The translations under genes and the position numbers were made by a program. The notes beneath the pieces are model-generated. The model was not told the origin of the DNA. It saw nothing but the letters and a program-made list of their open reading frames with translations, and searched no databases. Of a stretch of 64,000 nt of DNA, positions 1 to 10,698 are shown piece by piece. Origin of the DNA: Pseudomonadales bacterium (lineage in GTDB: Bacteria; Pseudomonadota; Gammaproteobacteria; Pseudomonadales; UBA7239); the NCBI GenBank assembly GCA_046347205.1, contig JAXMGN010000001.1, forward strand, positions 256,902 to 320,901, read 5' to 3'. Positions within the stretch are counted from its first letter, which is position 1. The number at the start of each line of letters is the position of its first letter.

Positions 1-186
1 TTCTAGCGCCAAAGTATCCGCAGGCAATTCAATGCCTATCTCCATTTTTACCACGGTGCGTGCGGCATCTGAAATCATGAAATACACACGGCGGTGCGCT
101 TTTAACAAACACGCCAACAAACGCAAACCGTAAGCAGCGCCGGATGCGCCGGTCATAGCTAATGTAATCGGCAGCGTATCACTCAT
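1..186 (-). CDS. ubiX: flavin prenyltransferase UbiX, N-terminal part (gene runs off the left edge)
   Basis: Minus-strand ATG at 184-186 opens MSDTLPITLAMTGASGAAYGLRLLACLLKAHRRVYFMISDAAR, the G-x-S-G-A flavoprotein N-terminus typical of UbiX/Pad1. Translated by hand; not in the ORF track. Confidence 0.7.
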   Translation of the reverse strand, partial: MSDTLPITLAMTGASGAAYGLRLLACLLKAHRRVYFMISDAARTVVKMEIGIELPADTLALE

Positions 187-201
187 ACGCGGCTCACAAA
201 A

Positions 202-1116
202 TCAGCCGGCAAGAACGGGTTTGATGTACGAAATAGGAGCTGATGCATCATCGTCTTCAAACGTCACCACTTCCCACGCATCACGCTGCTCTATCAACTT
301 GCGCAACAACTGATTGTTCAACGCATGACCCGATTTATGCGCCTTGAATTCACCAATCAAACTATTGCCCAGCAAATACAAATCGCCAATGGCATCCAGT
401 ACTTTGTGTTTTACAAACTCGTCGTCATAACGCAAGCCGTCTTCATTTAAGACGCCACTTTCATCAATCACGATGGCGTTATCCACGCTGCCACCCTGCG
501 CTAAACCCTGTCCGCGCAGATATTCAATTTCATGCATAAAACCAAAAGTGCGCGCGCGGCTGACATCTTTTACAAATGACGTACTGGAAAAATCAATCTC
601 CGCCGTCAAATCACGTCCATCAAATGCTGGATGATTAAACTCGATGGAAAAAGAAACTTTGAATCCTTCAAATGGCTCAAAACTCGCTTGTTTATCGCCA
701 GCACTCACTTCCACTTTTTTCTTGATGCGAATAAAGCGTTTCGGTGCATCTTGCTCGTCGATACCCGCCGATTGCAACAAAAAGACAAACGGACCTGCGC
801 TGCCATCCATGATCGGCACTTCCGGCGCAGTTAATTCAACGTAGACATTGTCGATACCCAAACCCGCCATCGCCGACAGCAAATGTTCAACGGTGGATAC
901 GCGCACATCGCCCTTCATCAGCGTTGTGGACAGCGTGGTATCACCCACATTTTCTGCACGTGCCGCAATTTCAACAGGTGGGTTTAAATCCACGCGCCGA
1001 AATACAATGCCGGTATCGACAGGTGCTGGCTTGAGCGTCAAATAAATCTTGTCGCCAGTGTGTAAGCCAACGCCTGTGGCGCGAATGGTGTTCTTGAGAG
1101 TACGTTGACGAATCAT
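202..1116 (-). CDS. lpxC: UDP-3-O-acyl-N-acetylglucosamine deacetylase
   Basis: 304-aa [39 protein letters not shown] is collinear with LpxC over its full length. Confidence 0.95.
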   Translation of the reverse strand: MIRQRTLKNTIRATGVGLHTGDKIYLTLKPAPVDTGIVFRRVDLNPPVEIAARAENVGDTTLSTTLMKGDVRVSTVEHLLSAMAGLGIDNVYVELTAPEVPIMDGSAGPFVFLLQSAGIDEQDAPKRFIRIKKKVEVSAGDKQASFEPFEGFKVSFSIEFNHPAFDGRDLTAEIDFSSTSFVKDVSRARTFGFMHEIEYLRGQGLAQGGSVDNAIVIDESGVLNEDGLRYDDEFVKHKVLDAIGDLYLLGNSLIGEFKAHKSGHALNNQLLRKLIEQRDAWEVVTFEDDDASAPISYIKPVLAG

Positions 1117-1271
1117 TGAAACGGATACCGCTGCAAACTGCTGAAATACGGATGTGTAAATTGCCGCTGCATGTTACCAGAGGGAGGGCGAGGGGCAAAC
1201 CCCAAGCTCGGCAGTAACATCAGCTATCTATTTGTATTTGTTAACTTATTCTCATTTTATAACCGAGCCAA

Positions 1272-2195
1272 TCAATAAAAATTTGCCTTGCCTTCTGGAC
1301 GGCGCTTGAAGCGTTTGTACTCCCATTGATACTGCGCCGGAATTTCACGCACCGCGCTTTCAATCACCGCATTCATGGCTGTTAGCGAGGTGCGAACATC
1401 TTCTGTGTTGACAGCATTGGCGTCGCGAAACACCACATCAAAACCTGCGCCTTGTGGCAGCCGCTTGGCATTTACTTCCAGCAGTTGCGCACCTGTTTTA
1501 GTTGCTAAGCCATGCACCAAGGTCATGGTGAGCGTTTCTATTCCAAAGAACGGTGCAAAAGTGCCGCTTTCACGCTCAGGCTCTTGATCGGGCAAGACAA
1601 CAATACAACCACCCGACTTCAAAGTTTTCATCAGCTCACTGACACCTTTGCGATTTGCCGGCACCATCGTGGCGCTGGCGCGATTGCGCACAGCCTGCAT
1701 CCAGTCATCCAACGGGCGAATTTTAGGCGGCTTGTACATGGCGGTGAAATGCGTGTGCGCTGTCAAAACAGGGTGCAGTATTTCCCAAGTACTCAAATGT
1801 GGCATCAATAGAATGAGGCCTCGCTCACTGGCGCAGCACTGCGCAAACAATGGCTCTCCCTCAATTTTATGTATAACTGATCGGCATTTTTCTAGTGACC
1901 AGTTCCAACACACGCCCGTTTCAACAATTGTTTTGCCTGTCTCTATCAAACTTTTTTGCGCCAGCGAATCAATCTCTGCTGTCGACATTTCCGGAAAGCA
2001 CAAATGCAAATTTGCCACTGTCGTCTTCGCCATACGGGAGCGAGTGAGCCACACTAACTTGCCCAACATCGCACCAACTTGCTGTATAACAGACAGCGGC
2101 ATAAGTGCCAGCAATTGATAAAACAACCGAATTGCGCGCGCTTTTGCGTGTTCACTGACGGGAATGCGATCGGCAACTTTATTGTCAGTTTTCAT
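1272..2195 (-). CDS. lipid A biosynthesis lauroyl/myristoyl acyltransferase family protein (LpxL/HtrB-like)
   Basis: ORF 1272..2243 has LpxL-family features (PHLSTWE H-x4-E box, C-terminal YQWEYKRFK). I prefer the start at the ATG of MKTDNK (2195) because codons 2196-2243 are made of the tuf terminator hairpin. Confidence 0.8.
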   Translation of the reverse strand: MKTDNKVADRIPVSEHAKARAIRLFYQLLALMPLSVIQQVGAMLGKLVWLTRSRMAKTTVANLHLCFPEMSTAEIDSLAQKSLIETGKTIVETGVCWNWSLEKCRSVIHKIEGEPLFAQCCASERGLILLMPHLSTWEILHPVLTAHTHFTAMYKPPKIRPLDDWMQAVRNRASATMVPANRKGVSELMKTLKSGGCIVVLPDQEPERESGTFAPFFGIETLTMTLVHGLATKTGAQLLEVNAKRLPQGAGFDVVFRDANAVNTEDVRTSLTAMNAVIESAVREIPAQYQWEYKRFKRRPEGKANFY

Positions 2196-2225
2196 TCGCC
2201 CAGTCTCGATAATTTTGTTTTTCTC

Positions 2226-2260
2226 AAAAAAAAACCCTGCCACTTCTGACAGGGTTTTTC
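2226..2260 (-). terminator. hairpin with flanking A/T runs downstream of tuf
   Basis: aaaaaaaaaCCCTGccacttctgaCAGGGttttt. Read on the minus strand it gives a stem followed by a U-run just after the tuf stop (2277). Confidence 0.5.
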
Positions 2261-2276
2261 ATATCTAATGCAAAAA

Positions 2277-3472
2277 TTACTCAATGATTTTTGCAACAAC
2301 ACCTGCGCCTACCGTACGGCCGCCTTCACGAATCGCAAAGCGCAAACCGTCTTCCATCGCAATCGGCGCGATCAAAGTAACGGTCATCTGCACATTGTCG
2401 CCAGGCATAACCATTTCTACGCCTTCGGCCAACTGGATTTCACCCGTCACGTCGGTAGTACGGAAGTAGAACTGTGGACGGTAGCCTTTGAAGAATGGCG
2501 TGTGACGACCACCTTCTTCTTTCGACAACACGTAAATTTCTGACTCAAACTTGGTGTGCGGCTTGATGCTGCCAGGCTTAGCCAATACTTGACCGCGCTC
2601 TACGTCTTCACGCTTGGTGCCGCGCAACAGAGCGCCGATGTTTTCACCCGCACGACCTTCGTCGAGCAGTTTACGGAACATCTCAACACCAGTAACGGTA
2701 GTTTTGGTGGTAGCTTTGATACCGACGATCTCGATCTCGTCGCCTGTTTTCACAATGCCACGCTCTACACGGTACCGGTTACTACCGTGCCGCGACCCGC
2801 GATAGAGAATACGTCTTCGATTGGCATCAGGAACGGCTTGTCGATAGCGCGCTCTGGCATCGGGATGTAAGTATCCAATGTCTCTACCAATTTCTTCACT
2901 GCAGACGTGCCGTAGCCGTTGTCGTCTTTGCCTTCAACCGCCATCAGTGCAGAGCCGATGATGATCGGGGTGTCGTCGCCAGGGAAGTTGTACTGGCTCA
3001 ACAGTTCACGCACTTCCATTTCAACCAGTTCCAACAGTTCGGCGTCATCCACCATGTCGGCTTTGTTCAAAAATACGACGATGTAAGGCACGCCAACCTG
3101 ACGTGACAGCAGAATGTGCTCGCGCGTTTGTGGCATTGGGCCGTCAGCTGCTGAACACACCAGAATCGCGCCGTCCATCTGGGCAGCACCGGTGATCATG
3201 TTTTTCACGTAGTCAGCGTGTCCTGGGCAGTCTACGTGCGCGTAGTGGCGCTCAGCAGACTCGTATTCCACGTGAGCAGTATTGATGGTGATGCCGCGCG
3301 CTTTTTCTTCTGGCGCCGCGTCGATCTGGTCGTACGCTTTTTTCTCACCGCCCCACACTTCCGCGCACACAATTGTCAGCGCTGCGGTCAACGTGGTTTT
3401 GCCGTGGTCAACGTGGCCAATCGTGCCGACGTTTACGTGCGGTTTCTTACGCTCAAATGCTGCCTTTGCCAT
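2277..3472 (-). pseudogene. tuf: elongation factor Tu, reading frame broken by a 2-nt insertion (as sequenced)
   Basis: ORF 2765..3472 is EF-Tu residues 1-235 ([19 protein letters not shown]). ORF 2277..2753 is the C-terminal 158 aa. The junction reads ACC GGT AC CGT GTA GAG; removing AC restores [25 protein letters not shown]. The span is 1196 nt (3n+2). Confidence 0.9.
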
Positions 3473-3532
3473 GATGAAATACCTCTTCTGGTAATTTGAA
3501 AAATAAGTACTTTGGAAAATATATCGAAAAAA

Positions 3533-5641
3533 TTAACGTTTGTTTTTCTCAATAATACCCTGAGCAATATTGTTCGGCGCTTCAGAATATTTCAAGAATT
3601 CCATCGAGTAGCTAGCGCGACCTTGTGACATAGAACGTACATCAGTTGCGTAACCAAACATCTCAGCCAAGGGCACTTCAGCATTGATAACTTTTCCAGA
3701 TGGATTTTCATCCATACCGAGAATCATGCCGCGACGACGGTTCAAGTCGCCCACTACATCACCCATGTAATCTTCAGGTGTTACCACTTCGACTTTCATG
3801 ATGGGCTCAAGCAATGCAGCGCCACCTTTGAACGACAGTTCTTTTGTTGCCATAGAAGCAGCGACTTTGAACGCCATCTCGTTGGAGTCAACATCGTGAT
3901 AAGAACCATCAAACACCGTCGCTTTCAAACCCAACAGTGGATAGCCAGCCAGCACGCCGTTTTTCATCTGCTCGGCAATACCTTTTTGAATCGCAGGGAT
4001 GTATTCCTTGGGAACCACACCACCAACGACTTCATTAACGAACTCTAACTGTTCAGCATTTTGATCTTCAGCAGGCTCAAAACGAATCCAGCAGTGACCG
4101 TATTGACCGCGACCACCGGACTGACGCACAAACTTGCCTTCGATTTCCACTTTCTTGCTAATGCGCTCGCGGTAAGCCACCTGCGGCTTGCCCACATTAC
4201 ACTCAACTTTGAATTCGCGACGCATACGATCAACGATGATATCAAGGTGCAGTTCACCCATACCCGCAATAATCGTTTGGCCGGTTTCTTCGTCGGTGCG
4301 CACGCGGAAAGACGGATCTTCTTGCGCCAATTTCGACAGTGCAATGCCCATTTTTTCTTGGTCAGGCTTTGCTTTGGGCTCCACCGCTACAGAAATTACT
4401 GGCTCAGGGAAGTCCATTCGCTCCAATACGATAGGCTGATCTTCATTGCACAAAGTGTCGCCTGTGGTGACATCTTTCATGCCGATCAATGCCGCGATAT
4501 CACCGGCGCGCACTTCTTTAATTTCTTCACGCTGGTTGGCGTGCATCTGCACCATACGACCAACACGCTCCCGCTTACCTTTCACCGAGTTGATTACGCT
4601 GTCACCCGATGACAATACGCCCGAGTAAACACGCGCAAATGTCAGTGTACCCACGAATGGATCGGTAGCAATTTTGAATGCCAATGCCGCAAACGGCGCT
4701 TCATCCGACGCAGCGCGTTCGTCCAGCTTCTCTTCGTCGTCTGGATGTGAGCCTTTGATGGCAGGAATATCGGTCGGTGCTGGCAAATAATCGATAACAG
4801 CGTCCAACACCAAAGGCACACCCTTGTTCTTGAACGAAGAACCACACACCGCTGGTACGATTTCACAAGCAATCGTGCGCAGGCGTAAACCCAACTTGAT
4901 ATCTTCAACGCTCAAGTCACCTTCTTCGAGGTACTTGTTCATCAATTCTTCATTGGCTTCTGCCGCGGCTTCCACCATAAAGTTGCGATACTCTTCTGCT
5001 TGTGCACGCATATCCGCTGGAATTTCTTCTTCGCGCGGCACAGTGCCTTTATCGTCATCATTCCAATAAATAGCTTTCATCGACATCAAGTCGATTTGAC
5101 CTTGAAAAGTTTCTTCTGCGCCAATCGACAACTGCAAAGGCACAGGTGTATGACCGAGACGTTTTTTGATCTGCTCAACAACGCGCAAGAAATTCGCGCC
5201 TTGGCGATCCATTTTGTTGACGTAAACAATGCGCGGCACACCGTATTTATTGGCTTGACGCCAAACAGTTTCTGACTGCGGCTCTACACCCGAAGTGCCA
5301 CAAAAAACCACCACCGCGCCATCAAGTACACGCAGCGAACGCTCTACTTCGATAGTGAAGTCAACGTGCCCTGGGGTATCAATAACGTTTACACGGTGAT
5401 TAGGGTATTGTTTTTTGGTGCCAGACCAAAATGCTGTTACCGCAGCAGAAGTGATGGTGATGCCGCGCTCTTGTTCCTGCACCATCCAGTCTGTAGTTGC
5501 TGCACCGTCATGCACTTCACCAATCTTGTGCGACAAACCGGTGTAAAACAAAACGCGCTCAGTAGTCGTGGTTTTACCCGCATCAACGTGCGCGCAAATA
5601 CCGATATTGCGATAAAGATTGATAGGAGTGGTGCGTGCCAC
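3533..5641 (-). CDS. fusA: elongation factor G
   Basis: 702-aa ORF with the [10 protein letters not shown]-domain and full EF-G architecture; sits between rpsG and tuf. Confidence 0.97.
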   Translation of the reverse strand: MARTTPINLYRNIGICAHVDAGKTTTTERVLFYTGLSHKIGEVHDGAATTDWMVQEQERGITITSAAVTAFWSGTKKQYPNHRVNVIDTPGHVDFTIEVERSLRVLDGAVVVFCGTSGVEPQSETVWRQANKYGVPRIVYVNKMDRQGANFLRVVEQIKKRLGHTPVPLQLSIGAEETFQGQIDLMSMKAIYWNDDDKGTVPREEEIPADMRAQAEEYRNFMVEAAAEANEELMNKYLEEGDLSVEDIKLGLRLRTIACEIVPAVCGSSFKNKGVPLVLDAVIDYLPAPTDIPAIKGSHPDDEEKLDERAASDEAPFAALAFKIATDPFVGTLTFARVYSGVLSSGDSVINSVKGKRERVGRMVQMHANQREEIKEVRAGDIAALIGMKDVTTGDTLCNEDQPIVLERMDFPEPVISVAVEPKAKPDQEKMGIALSKLAQEDPSFRVRTDEETGQTIIAGMGELHLDIIVDRMRREFKVECNVGKPQVAYRERISKKVEIEGKFVRQSGGRGQYGHCWIRFEPAEDQNAEQLEFVNEVVGGVVPKEYIPAIQKGIAEQMKNGVLAGYPLLGLKATVFDGSYHDVDSNEMAFKVAASMATKELSFKGGAALLEPIMKVEVVTPEDYMGDVVGDLNRRRGMILGMDENPSGKVINAEVPLAEMFGYATDVRSMSQGRASYSMEFLKYSEAPNNIAQGIIEKNKR

Positions 5642-5691
5642 GTGTGTATCCTCGAAATAAATAAGAGACTGAGAAAGCAGCCTCTAGAAAA

Positions 5692-6162
5692 TTAAAAGCG
5701 GTAGTGCGAGAACGCTTTGTTCGCTTCGGCCATGCGGTGCACGTCTTCACGTTTTTTCACCGCAGCACCTTTGCCTTGCGCAGCGTCCATCATCTCACCA
5801 GCCAAACGCTGACGCATGGATTTTTCACCGCGCTTGCGCGAATACTCCACCATCCAGCGCATTGCCAGCGCATTGCGGCGAGAAGGGCGAACTTCAACAG
5901 GCACTTGATAGGTAGCACCACCAACGCGGCGGGCTTTTACTTCGACCATCGGCGCGATGTTTTCCATCGCTTGCTCAAAAATTTCAACTGGCTCTTTGCC
6001 GAGCTTTTCTTTGACAATATCCAACGCACCGTAAACGATTCTCTCGGCGACGGATTTTTTACCACTTTCCATAACGTGGTTTACAAATTTGGCAAGCAAA
6101 GTGCTTCCGAATTTTGGATCTGGCAGCACTTCACGTTTGGCCGCCACTCTTCTTCTTGGCAT
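5692..6162 (-). CDS. rpsG: 30S ribosomal protein S7
   Basis: 156 aa, [18 protein letters not shown]; str operon position. Confidence 0.97.
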   Translation of the reverse strand: MPRRRVAAKREVLPDPKFGSTLLAKFVNHVMESGKKSVAERIVYGALDIVKEKLGKEPVEIFEQAMENIAPMVEVKARRVGGATYQVPVEVRPSRRNALAMRWMVEYSRKRGEKSMRQRLAGEMMDAAQGKGAAVKKREDVHRMAEANKAFSHYRF

Positions 6163-6242
6163 AACAATTTCCTCTGGTTTCAGGGTATCCGAGACGATAC
6201 AACCGCTCGGCCTTACTGGTGTTGCTAAAAAACAGGCTCAGC

Positions 6243-6614
6243 TTACTTAGGACGCTTTGCACCGTATTTTGAACGACGCTGCTTACGGTCTTTCACGCCG
6301 GAAGTATCCAAGCTGCCGCGCACGGTGTGGTAACGCACACCCGGCAAGTCTTTTACACGACCGCCGCGAATCAGCACCACGCTGTGCTCCTGCAAATTGT
6401 GGCCTTCACCACCGATGTAGGACGACACCTCAAAGCCGTTAGTCAAACGGACACGGCACACTTTCCGCAAAGCCGAGTTAGGCTTCTTAGGCGTAGTGGT
6501 GTAAACGCGCGTACAAACACCACGACGCTGTGGGCACTGTTGCAGGGCTGGAACGTCACTTTTGGCAGCTTTACGCTGTCTGGGCTGACGCACCAACTGA
6601 TTGATTGTTGCCAT
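6243..6614 (-). CDS. rpsL: 30S ribosomal protein S12
   Basis: 123 aa, [12 protein letters not shown]...[11 protein letters not shown]. Confidence 0.97.
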   Translation of the reverse strand: MATINQLVRQPRQRKAAKSDVPALQQCPQRRGVCTRVYTTTPKKPNSALRKVCRVRLTNGFEVSSYIGGEGHNLQEHSVVLIRGGRVKDLPGVRYHTVRGSLDTSGVKDRKQRRSKYGAKRPK

Positions 6615-6710
6615 GTAAAACTCCGCAATGCGATCTAAAAGTATCTAGTTACAGCCCAAACCACCAAGCGCCACGAGGCGCTCCTACGGCAGAGCCGAAA
6701 AAGAGGCGGC

Positions 6711-6739
6711 ATGATATAGAAGCGCCCCTACAGCGTCAA
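6711..6739 (-). promoter_or_regulatory. predicted sigma70 promoter of rpsL-rpsG-fusA-tuf
   Basis: Minus strand reads TTGACG-17 nt-TATCAT followed by the GC-rich discriminator gcCGCCTC; about 95 nt upstream of the rpsL ATG. Confidence 0.45.
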
Positions 6740-6754
6740 GAATCCATACCCGCT

Positions 6755-8146
6755 TCAATGAAATCTTCCCGGCAGCTTCATGCCGCCGCCAAGACCGGCC
6801 GGCAACTGACCCGACACACCGCGCATCATGTTAGCCAAGCCCTTGCCACCTTTGAGCTTTTTCATCATTTTGGCCATCTGCTTGTGCTGCTTGAGCAGGC
6901 GGTTCAAATCCTGCAAATCCGTGCCAGACCCCTGCGTGATACGGCGCTTGCGCGAGCCGTTCAGCACATCAGGGTTTCGTCGCTCCACCGGGGTCATGGA
7001 ATTAATGACCGCCTCCATACGTTTGAATTGCTTGACGGTTTCATCCTGCTGTGCGATTTGCGCCATCTGCCCCATACCCGGCAGCTTATCGAGCAAGCCC
7101 GCCATGCCACCCATGTTTTGCATCTGCTGCAACTGGTCACGCAGATCCTCTAGATCAAAGCGCTGGCCTTTCTGCACCTTGAGTGCGAGCTTCTCTGCTT
7201 TTTTATGGTCGATTTTCTGTTGTGCTTCTTCAATTAAAGACAGCACATCGCCCATGCCCAAAATACGGGAGGCAATACGGTCTGGATGAAAGGGCTCCAG
7301 TGCGTCAGTCTTTTCGCCTACGCCAATAAACTTGACCGGCTTGCCCGTCACCTGCCGCACGGACAGCGCCGCACCGCCGCGCGCATCGCCGTCCATCTTG
7401 GTGAGCACCACGCCCGTCAGCGGCAGCGCCGCATTAAACGCACTCGCCGTATTGACCGCATCCTGACCAATCATCGCATCGATGACGAACAGCGTTTCCA
7501 CAGGATTTAGCGTCGCGTGCAACGCTTTGATTTCATCCATCAACGTATCGTCAACATGCAGACGGCCTGCAGTATCGACAATCAACACATCGGCAAGCTG
7601 ACGCTTGGCGGCCTCTACCGCTTCTTTAGCAATCTCAAGCGGCTTTTGCGATTCGCTCATAAAAAAGCGCACGCCCACTTCGCCAGCAAGCGTTTCTAAT
7701 TGTTTGATAGCTGCAGGTCGATAGACGTCAACACTCACCACCATCACATTTTTTTTCTGGCGACTTTTTAGGTGTTTAGCCAATTTAGCCACACTGGTGG
7801 TTTTGCCTGCGCCCTGCAGACCTGCCATCAAAATTATCGCCGGCGGTTTGACTGCCAAATTCAATTCTTTGTTTGCCGTTCCCATCACAGCAATCAATTC
7901 GTCTTGCACAATTTTAACGAACTGCTGGCCTGGACTGAGGCTACGGCTCACTTCCTGACCAATCGCGCGTTTTCTCACCGCCTCCACAAAATCTTTTGCC
8001 ACGGGCAGTGCAACATCAGCCTCAAGCAAGGCTTTGCGCACTTCACGCAACGCATCCTGAATATTGTCATCGGTCAAGCGCGCTTTGCCGCTGATATTGC
8101 GCAAAGTGCCAGACAAACGGTCCGTCAGATTCTCAAACATAAACAC
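6755..8146 (-). CDS. ffh: signal recognition particle protein Ffh
   Basis: 463 aa with the GLQGAGKTT NG domain and a Met-rich M domain. Confidence 0.95.
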   Translation of the reverse strand: MFMFENLTDRLSGTLRNISGKARLTDDNIQDALREVRKALLEADVALPVAKDFVEAVRKRAIGQEVSRSLSPGQQFVKIVQDELIAVMGTANKELNLAVKPPAIILMAGLQGAGKTTSVAKLAKHLKSRQKKNVMVVSVDVYRPAAIKQLETLAGEVGVRFFMSESQKPLEIAKEAVEAAKRQLADVLIVDTAGRLHVDDTLMDEIKALHATLNPVETLFVIDAMIGQDAVNTASAFNAALPLTGVVLTKMDGDARGGAALSVRQVTGKPVKFIGVGEKTDALEPFHPDRIASRILGMGDVLSLIEEAQQKIDHKKAEKLALKVQKGQRFDLEDLRDQLQQMQNMGGMAGLLDKLPGMGQMAQIAQQDETVKQFKRMEAVINSMTPVERRNPDVLNGSRKRRITQGSGTDLQDLNRLLKQHKQMAKMMKKLKGGKGLANMMRGVSGQLPAGLGGGMKLPGRFH

Positions 8147-8180
8147 TCTCTCACTTCAGATTTTTTTATAACAAAACCAA

Positions 8181-9053
8181 TTAAATGCGCTGCGATTCTG
8201 GGCAATCTTTTTTCTCGTAGCGCCAACGATGGTGTGACCACATCCAACACTCTGGCTGCTGACGCATATGTGCTTCCACAGCACTCATATACACCTGGGA
8301 AACCTGACCTTCTCCTTCATAAGGCGGCTGCGCTAATGGTTGGATATTGCAACGATATTTTCCACGCGCCAACTTTTCAGTCGCCACATAAAACAAGGGG
8401 TAACTCATCATTTTTGCAATGCGTTCTACCCCTATCGAAACAGGTGTATCCACACCCATAAACGTCGTCCAGTATTTACTGTCTCGGCGGCGCGGATTTT
8501 GATCACTCAAAATACCAAAAGCTCTCGTTTCTTTGCGGTGCTTCAAAATAGCCTTTGCCGCTTTATCAGCAGGAATCATATGCGAGCAAAATCGCGTTCT
8601 GATTGCCATAAAAAACTGCTCAGCTGATGCATTGTGCAAAGGACGGTACAGCGCATCCATGGGGTACTGCAATGAAATTGCCACGGACGCCAACATCCAT
8701 TCCCAGTTGCCTTGATGCGCAGACAGTAAAATCACAGACTGACCCTGCCGCATTAACTGTTTGACCTCATCCAAACCCTGTATATCAAAACGCCGCAATA
8801 AATCTTCGTGGCGCATTCTCGACAGCATGATGAACTCAACCACAACATCCGCTAAGTGCTGATAAAACTTGTGCGCTACATCTGCTCTTTCTTCTGCACT
8901 TTTTTCTGGAAAAGCCTTCGCTAAATTTTTAGCGACAGTTTTATGCCGGTAACGAATAACATACTCTAAAACAAAAGCCAAAATATCCGAAAAAAAATAC
9001 AGCGCACTAGCGGGGAAAAACGCAAGACACCTTGCAAGAAAAACAGGAAACAT
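8181..9053 (-). CDS. LpxL/HtrB-family lysophospholipid or lipid A acyltransferase (second paralog in the window)
   Basis: ORF 8181..9095. The SAHQGNWEW (H-x4-E) box and family-like N-terminal membrane anchor are present. The start at MFPVFL (9053) avoids a 26-nt overlap with ybbJ. Confidence 0.7.
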   Translation of the reverse strand: MFPVFLARCLAFFPASALYFFSDILAFVLEYVIRYRHKTVAKNLAKAFPEKSAEERADVAHKFYQHLADVVVEFIMLSRMRHEDLLRRFDIQGLDEVKQLMRQGQSVILLSAHQGNWEWMLASVAISLQYPMDALYRPLHNASAEQFFMAIRTRFCSHMIPADKAAKAILKHRKETRAFGILSDQNPRRRDSKYWTTFMGVDTPVSIGVERIAKMMSYPLFYVATEKLARGKYRCNIQPLAQPPYEGEGQVSQVYMSAVEAHMRQQPECWMWSHHRWRYEKKDCPESQRI

Positions 9054-9069
9054 ACGAGAAATGGACGAC

Positions 9070-9525
9070 CTACAATTCAGGTAACTTTTCGACAAACAAC
9101 AAATGATCAGACTGTAGCGATAGCACTCTTACTGATGTGCCTGCCGGCATATCTTCAGCAGCAGACACATTCCAAACCCCGTCATCCACTTTTGCTCTGC
9201 CGCGCCCATTTTCAATAGCGTCCGTCAATACCAAGGTGCGTCCAACGTACTGCGCCGCACGCTTATTTAATAGCGGCTCATCAGCCGTTTTCGGGTAACG
9301 CAACTGATATTGCCAACACCCCAATGTGCACGCCACGCTCGCACCAGAGAACACCAACAACTGCGCTTGCCACGCTAAATCCGGCAGAAAAAAGACCAAA
9401 CACCCTGTTAAGCCGGCCGCCATGCCCAACCACAACAAATAGCCGCCTGCACCGATCATTTCGGCAATCAGCAACGCCAAACCCAGAGCAAACCAGAGCC
9501 AGTAATCCAGCAATCCGCCAATCAT
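9070..9525 (-). CDS. ybbJ: NfeD-family membrane protein
   Basis: 151 aa with three N-terminal hydrophobic helices plus a C-terminal soluble domain; lies immediately downstream of the SPFH gene, as in the qmcA-ybbJ pair. Confidence 0.75.
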   Translation of the reverse strand: MIGGLLDYWLWFALGLALLIAEMIGAGGYLLWLGMAAGLTGCLVFFLPDLAWQAQLLVFSGASVACTLGCWQYQLRYPKTADEPLLNKRAAQYVGRTLVLTDAIENGRGRAKVDDGVWNVSAAEDMPAGTSVRVLSLQSDHLLFVEKLPEL

Positions 9526-9529
9526 TGGC

Positions 9530-10483
9530 TTACTGACCTTTGGGTAATTGTGATGGCGCTATAGCTTGAGGTCGCTCACCGGCCGCTTTAACCAGCTCTG
9601 CAATCCCACCGACCGCGCCTATGACTTGCGAGGCTTCCAACGGCATCAAAATAACCTTGCTATTGCTCGCTGAAGCCACACTACCCAGTGCCTCTATGTA
9701 CTTTTGTGCCACGAAATAGTTAACCGCCTGTATATCACCCTTGGCGATAGCCTGTGACACCATATGCGTCGCCTTGGCTTCTGCTTCTGCTGCCCGCTCA
9801 CGCGCTTCTGCTTGAAGAAATGCAGACTGCCGCTCCCCTTCTGCCTTCAAAATCTGCGCCTGCTTCAAACCATCCGCTTCGAGAATTTCCGCCTGCTTAC
9901 GCCCTTCCGCTTCCAATATTGCCGCCCGTTTTTCTCGTTCAGCCTTCATCTGGTTAGCCATCGCGTCGATTAGATCACGCGGAGGTGTGATGTCTTTGAT
10001 TTCAATGCGCGTGACCTTCAAACCCCATGGATGCGTAGCTTGATCCACTATACGAAGTAAGCGCTCATTAATCTCGTCGCGCTTGGACAGCATCTCATCC
10101 AACTCCAAAGAACCCAATACTGTACGAATATTGGTCATGGTCAAATTGCGTACGGCGTGCTGTAAATCCGCCACCTCATAGGAAGCCTGGGCTGCATTGA
10201 TCACCTGATAAAAACAAATCGCATCAATTTTCACCATGGCGTTGTCAGAGCTGATCACTTCCTGCGGAGGAATGTCGAGCACCTGCTCCATCATGACTAT
10301 CTGCTGACCTATTCTGTCGATAAAAGGAATAATAAAATTCAGGCCAGGGCTTAATGTATGCGTGTAACGACCAAAACGCTCTACCGTCCATTCAAAGCCT
10401 TGCGGCACAAAGCGCACACCTAGCTTGACGATATACACGGCAAAACCACCCAGCAACCACGGCACCAGTTGAGCAAATGACAT
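9530..10483 (-). CDS. qmcA: SPFH/band-7 (stomatin-like) protein QmcA
   Basis: 317 aa. [49 protein letters not shown] is near-collinear with E. coli QmcA/YbbK. Confidence 0.9.
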   Translation of the reverse strand: MSFAQLVPWLLGGFAVYIVKLGVRFVPQGFEWTVERFGRYTHTLSPGLNFIIPFIDRIGQQIVMMEQVLDIPPQEVISSDNAMVKIDAICFYQVINAAQASYEVADLQHAVRNLTMTNIRTVLGSLELDEMLSKRDEINERLLRIVDQATHPWGLKVTRIEIKDITPPRDLIDAMANQMKAEREKRAAILEAEGRKQAEILEADGLKQAQILKAEGERQSAFLQAEARERAAEAEAKATHMVSQAIAKGDIQAVNYFVAQKYIEALGSVASASNSKVILMPLEASQVIGAVGGIAELVKAAGERPQAIAPSQLPKGQ

Positions 10484-10698
10484 AAGGTTCTCCTCGCGAG
10501 ATCCGGAAAATACAGGGATTGAAAGCAGACCTGCGATACTACCAGCTTTCCGCTACGGATTACCCAAGCAAACGACCATCCAAGGTGTTCCATACCGATG
10601 GCATCTGACATACAATGCCCGCCCCTCGGCACCTTGGGAGCCCGATGGGCTTGATCCATACCCTTGAGCCAGACCCCATTTAGAGCAGGAAAGAGAAC

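Noticed and set aside
2196-2243. N-terminal extension MAGFFFEKNKIIETGR of the lpxL-like ORF.
   Set aside because: These codons are the tuf terminator hairpin and its A/T runs read as protein. The internal ATG at 2195 gives a normal LpxL-like N-terminus.
2771-2776. GGTACC (KpnI) site at the tuf frameshift, considered as a cloning or linker scar.
   Set aside because: Only 2 nt are extra and there is no vector or linker sequence. The tonB site reads GGTACA, not a KpnI site. The idea is kept only as one possible explanation within the frameshift findings.
4061-4612. Long antisense ORFs opposite strongly conserved genes: 4061..4612 (fusA), 5704..6228 (rpsG), 6605..7153 and 7772..8461 (ffh), 25952..26575 (argJ), 50198..50716 (rplX/rplN), 61639..62202 (hisB).
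   Set aside because: Each lies fully inside or opposite a gene with unambiguous full-length family identity. The translations are low-complexity (Arg/His/Cys/Phe-rich) with no recognisable motifs or Shine-Dalgarno context. Such shadow ORFs are expected opposite codon-biased genes.
10420-10659. 79-aa ORF in the qmcA/rpsP divergent intergenic region.
   Set aside because: It overlaps the qmcA start, has no Shine-Dalgarno sequence and no recognisable features. The region more plausibly holds the two divergent promoters.
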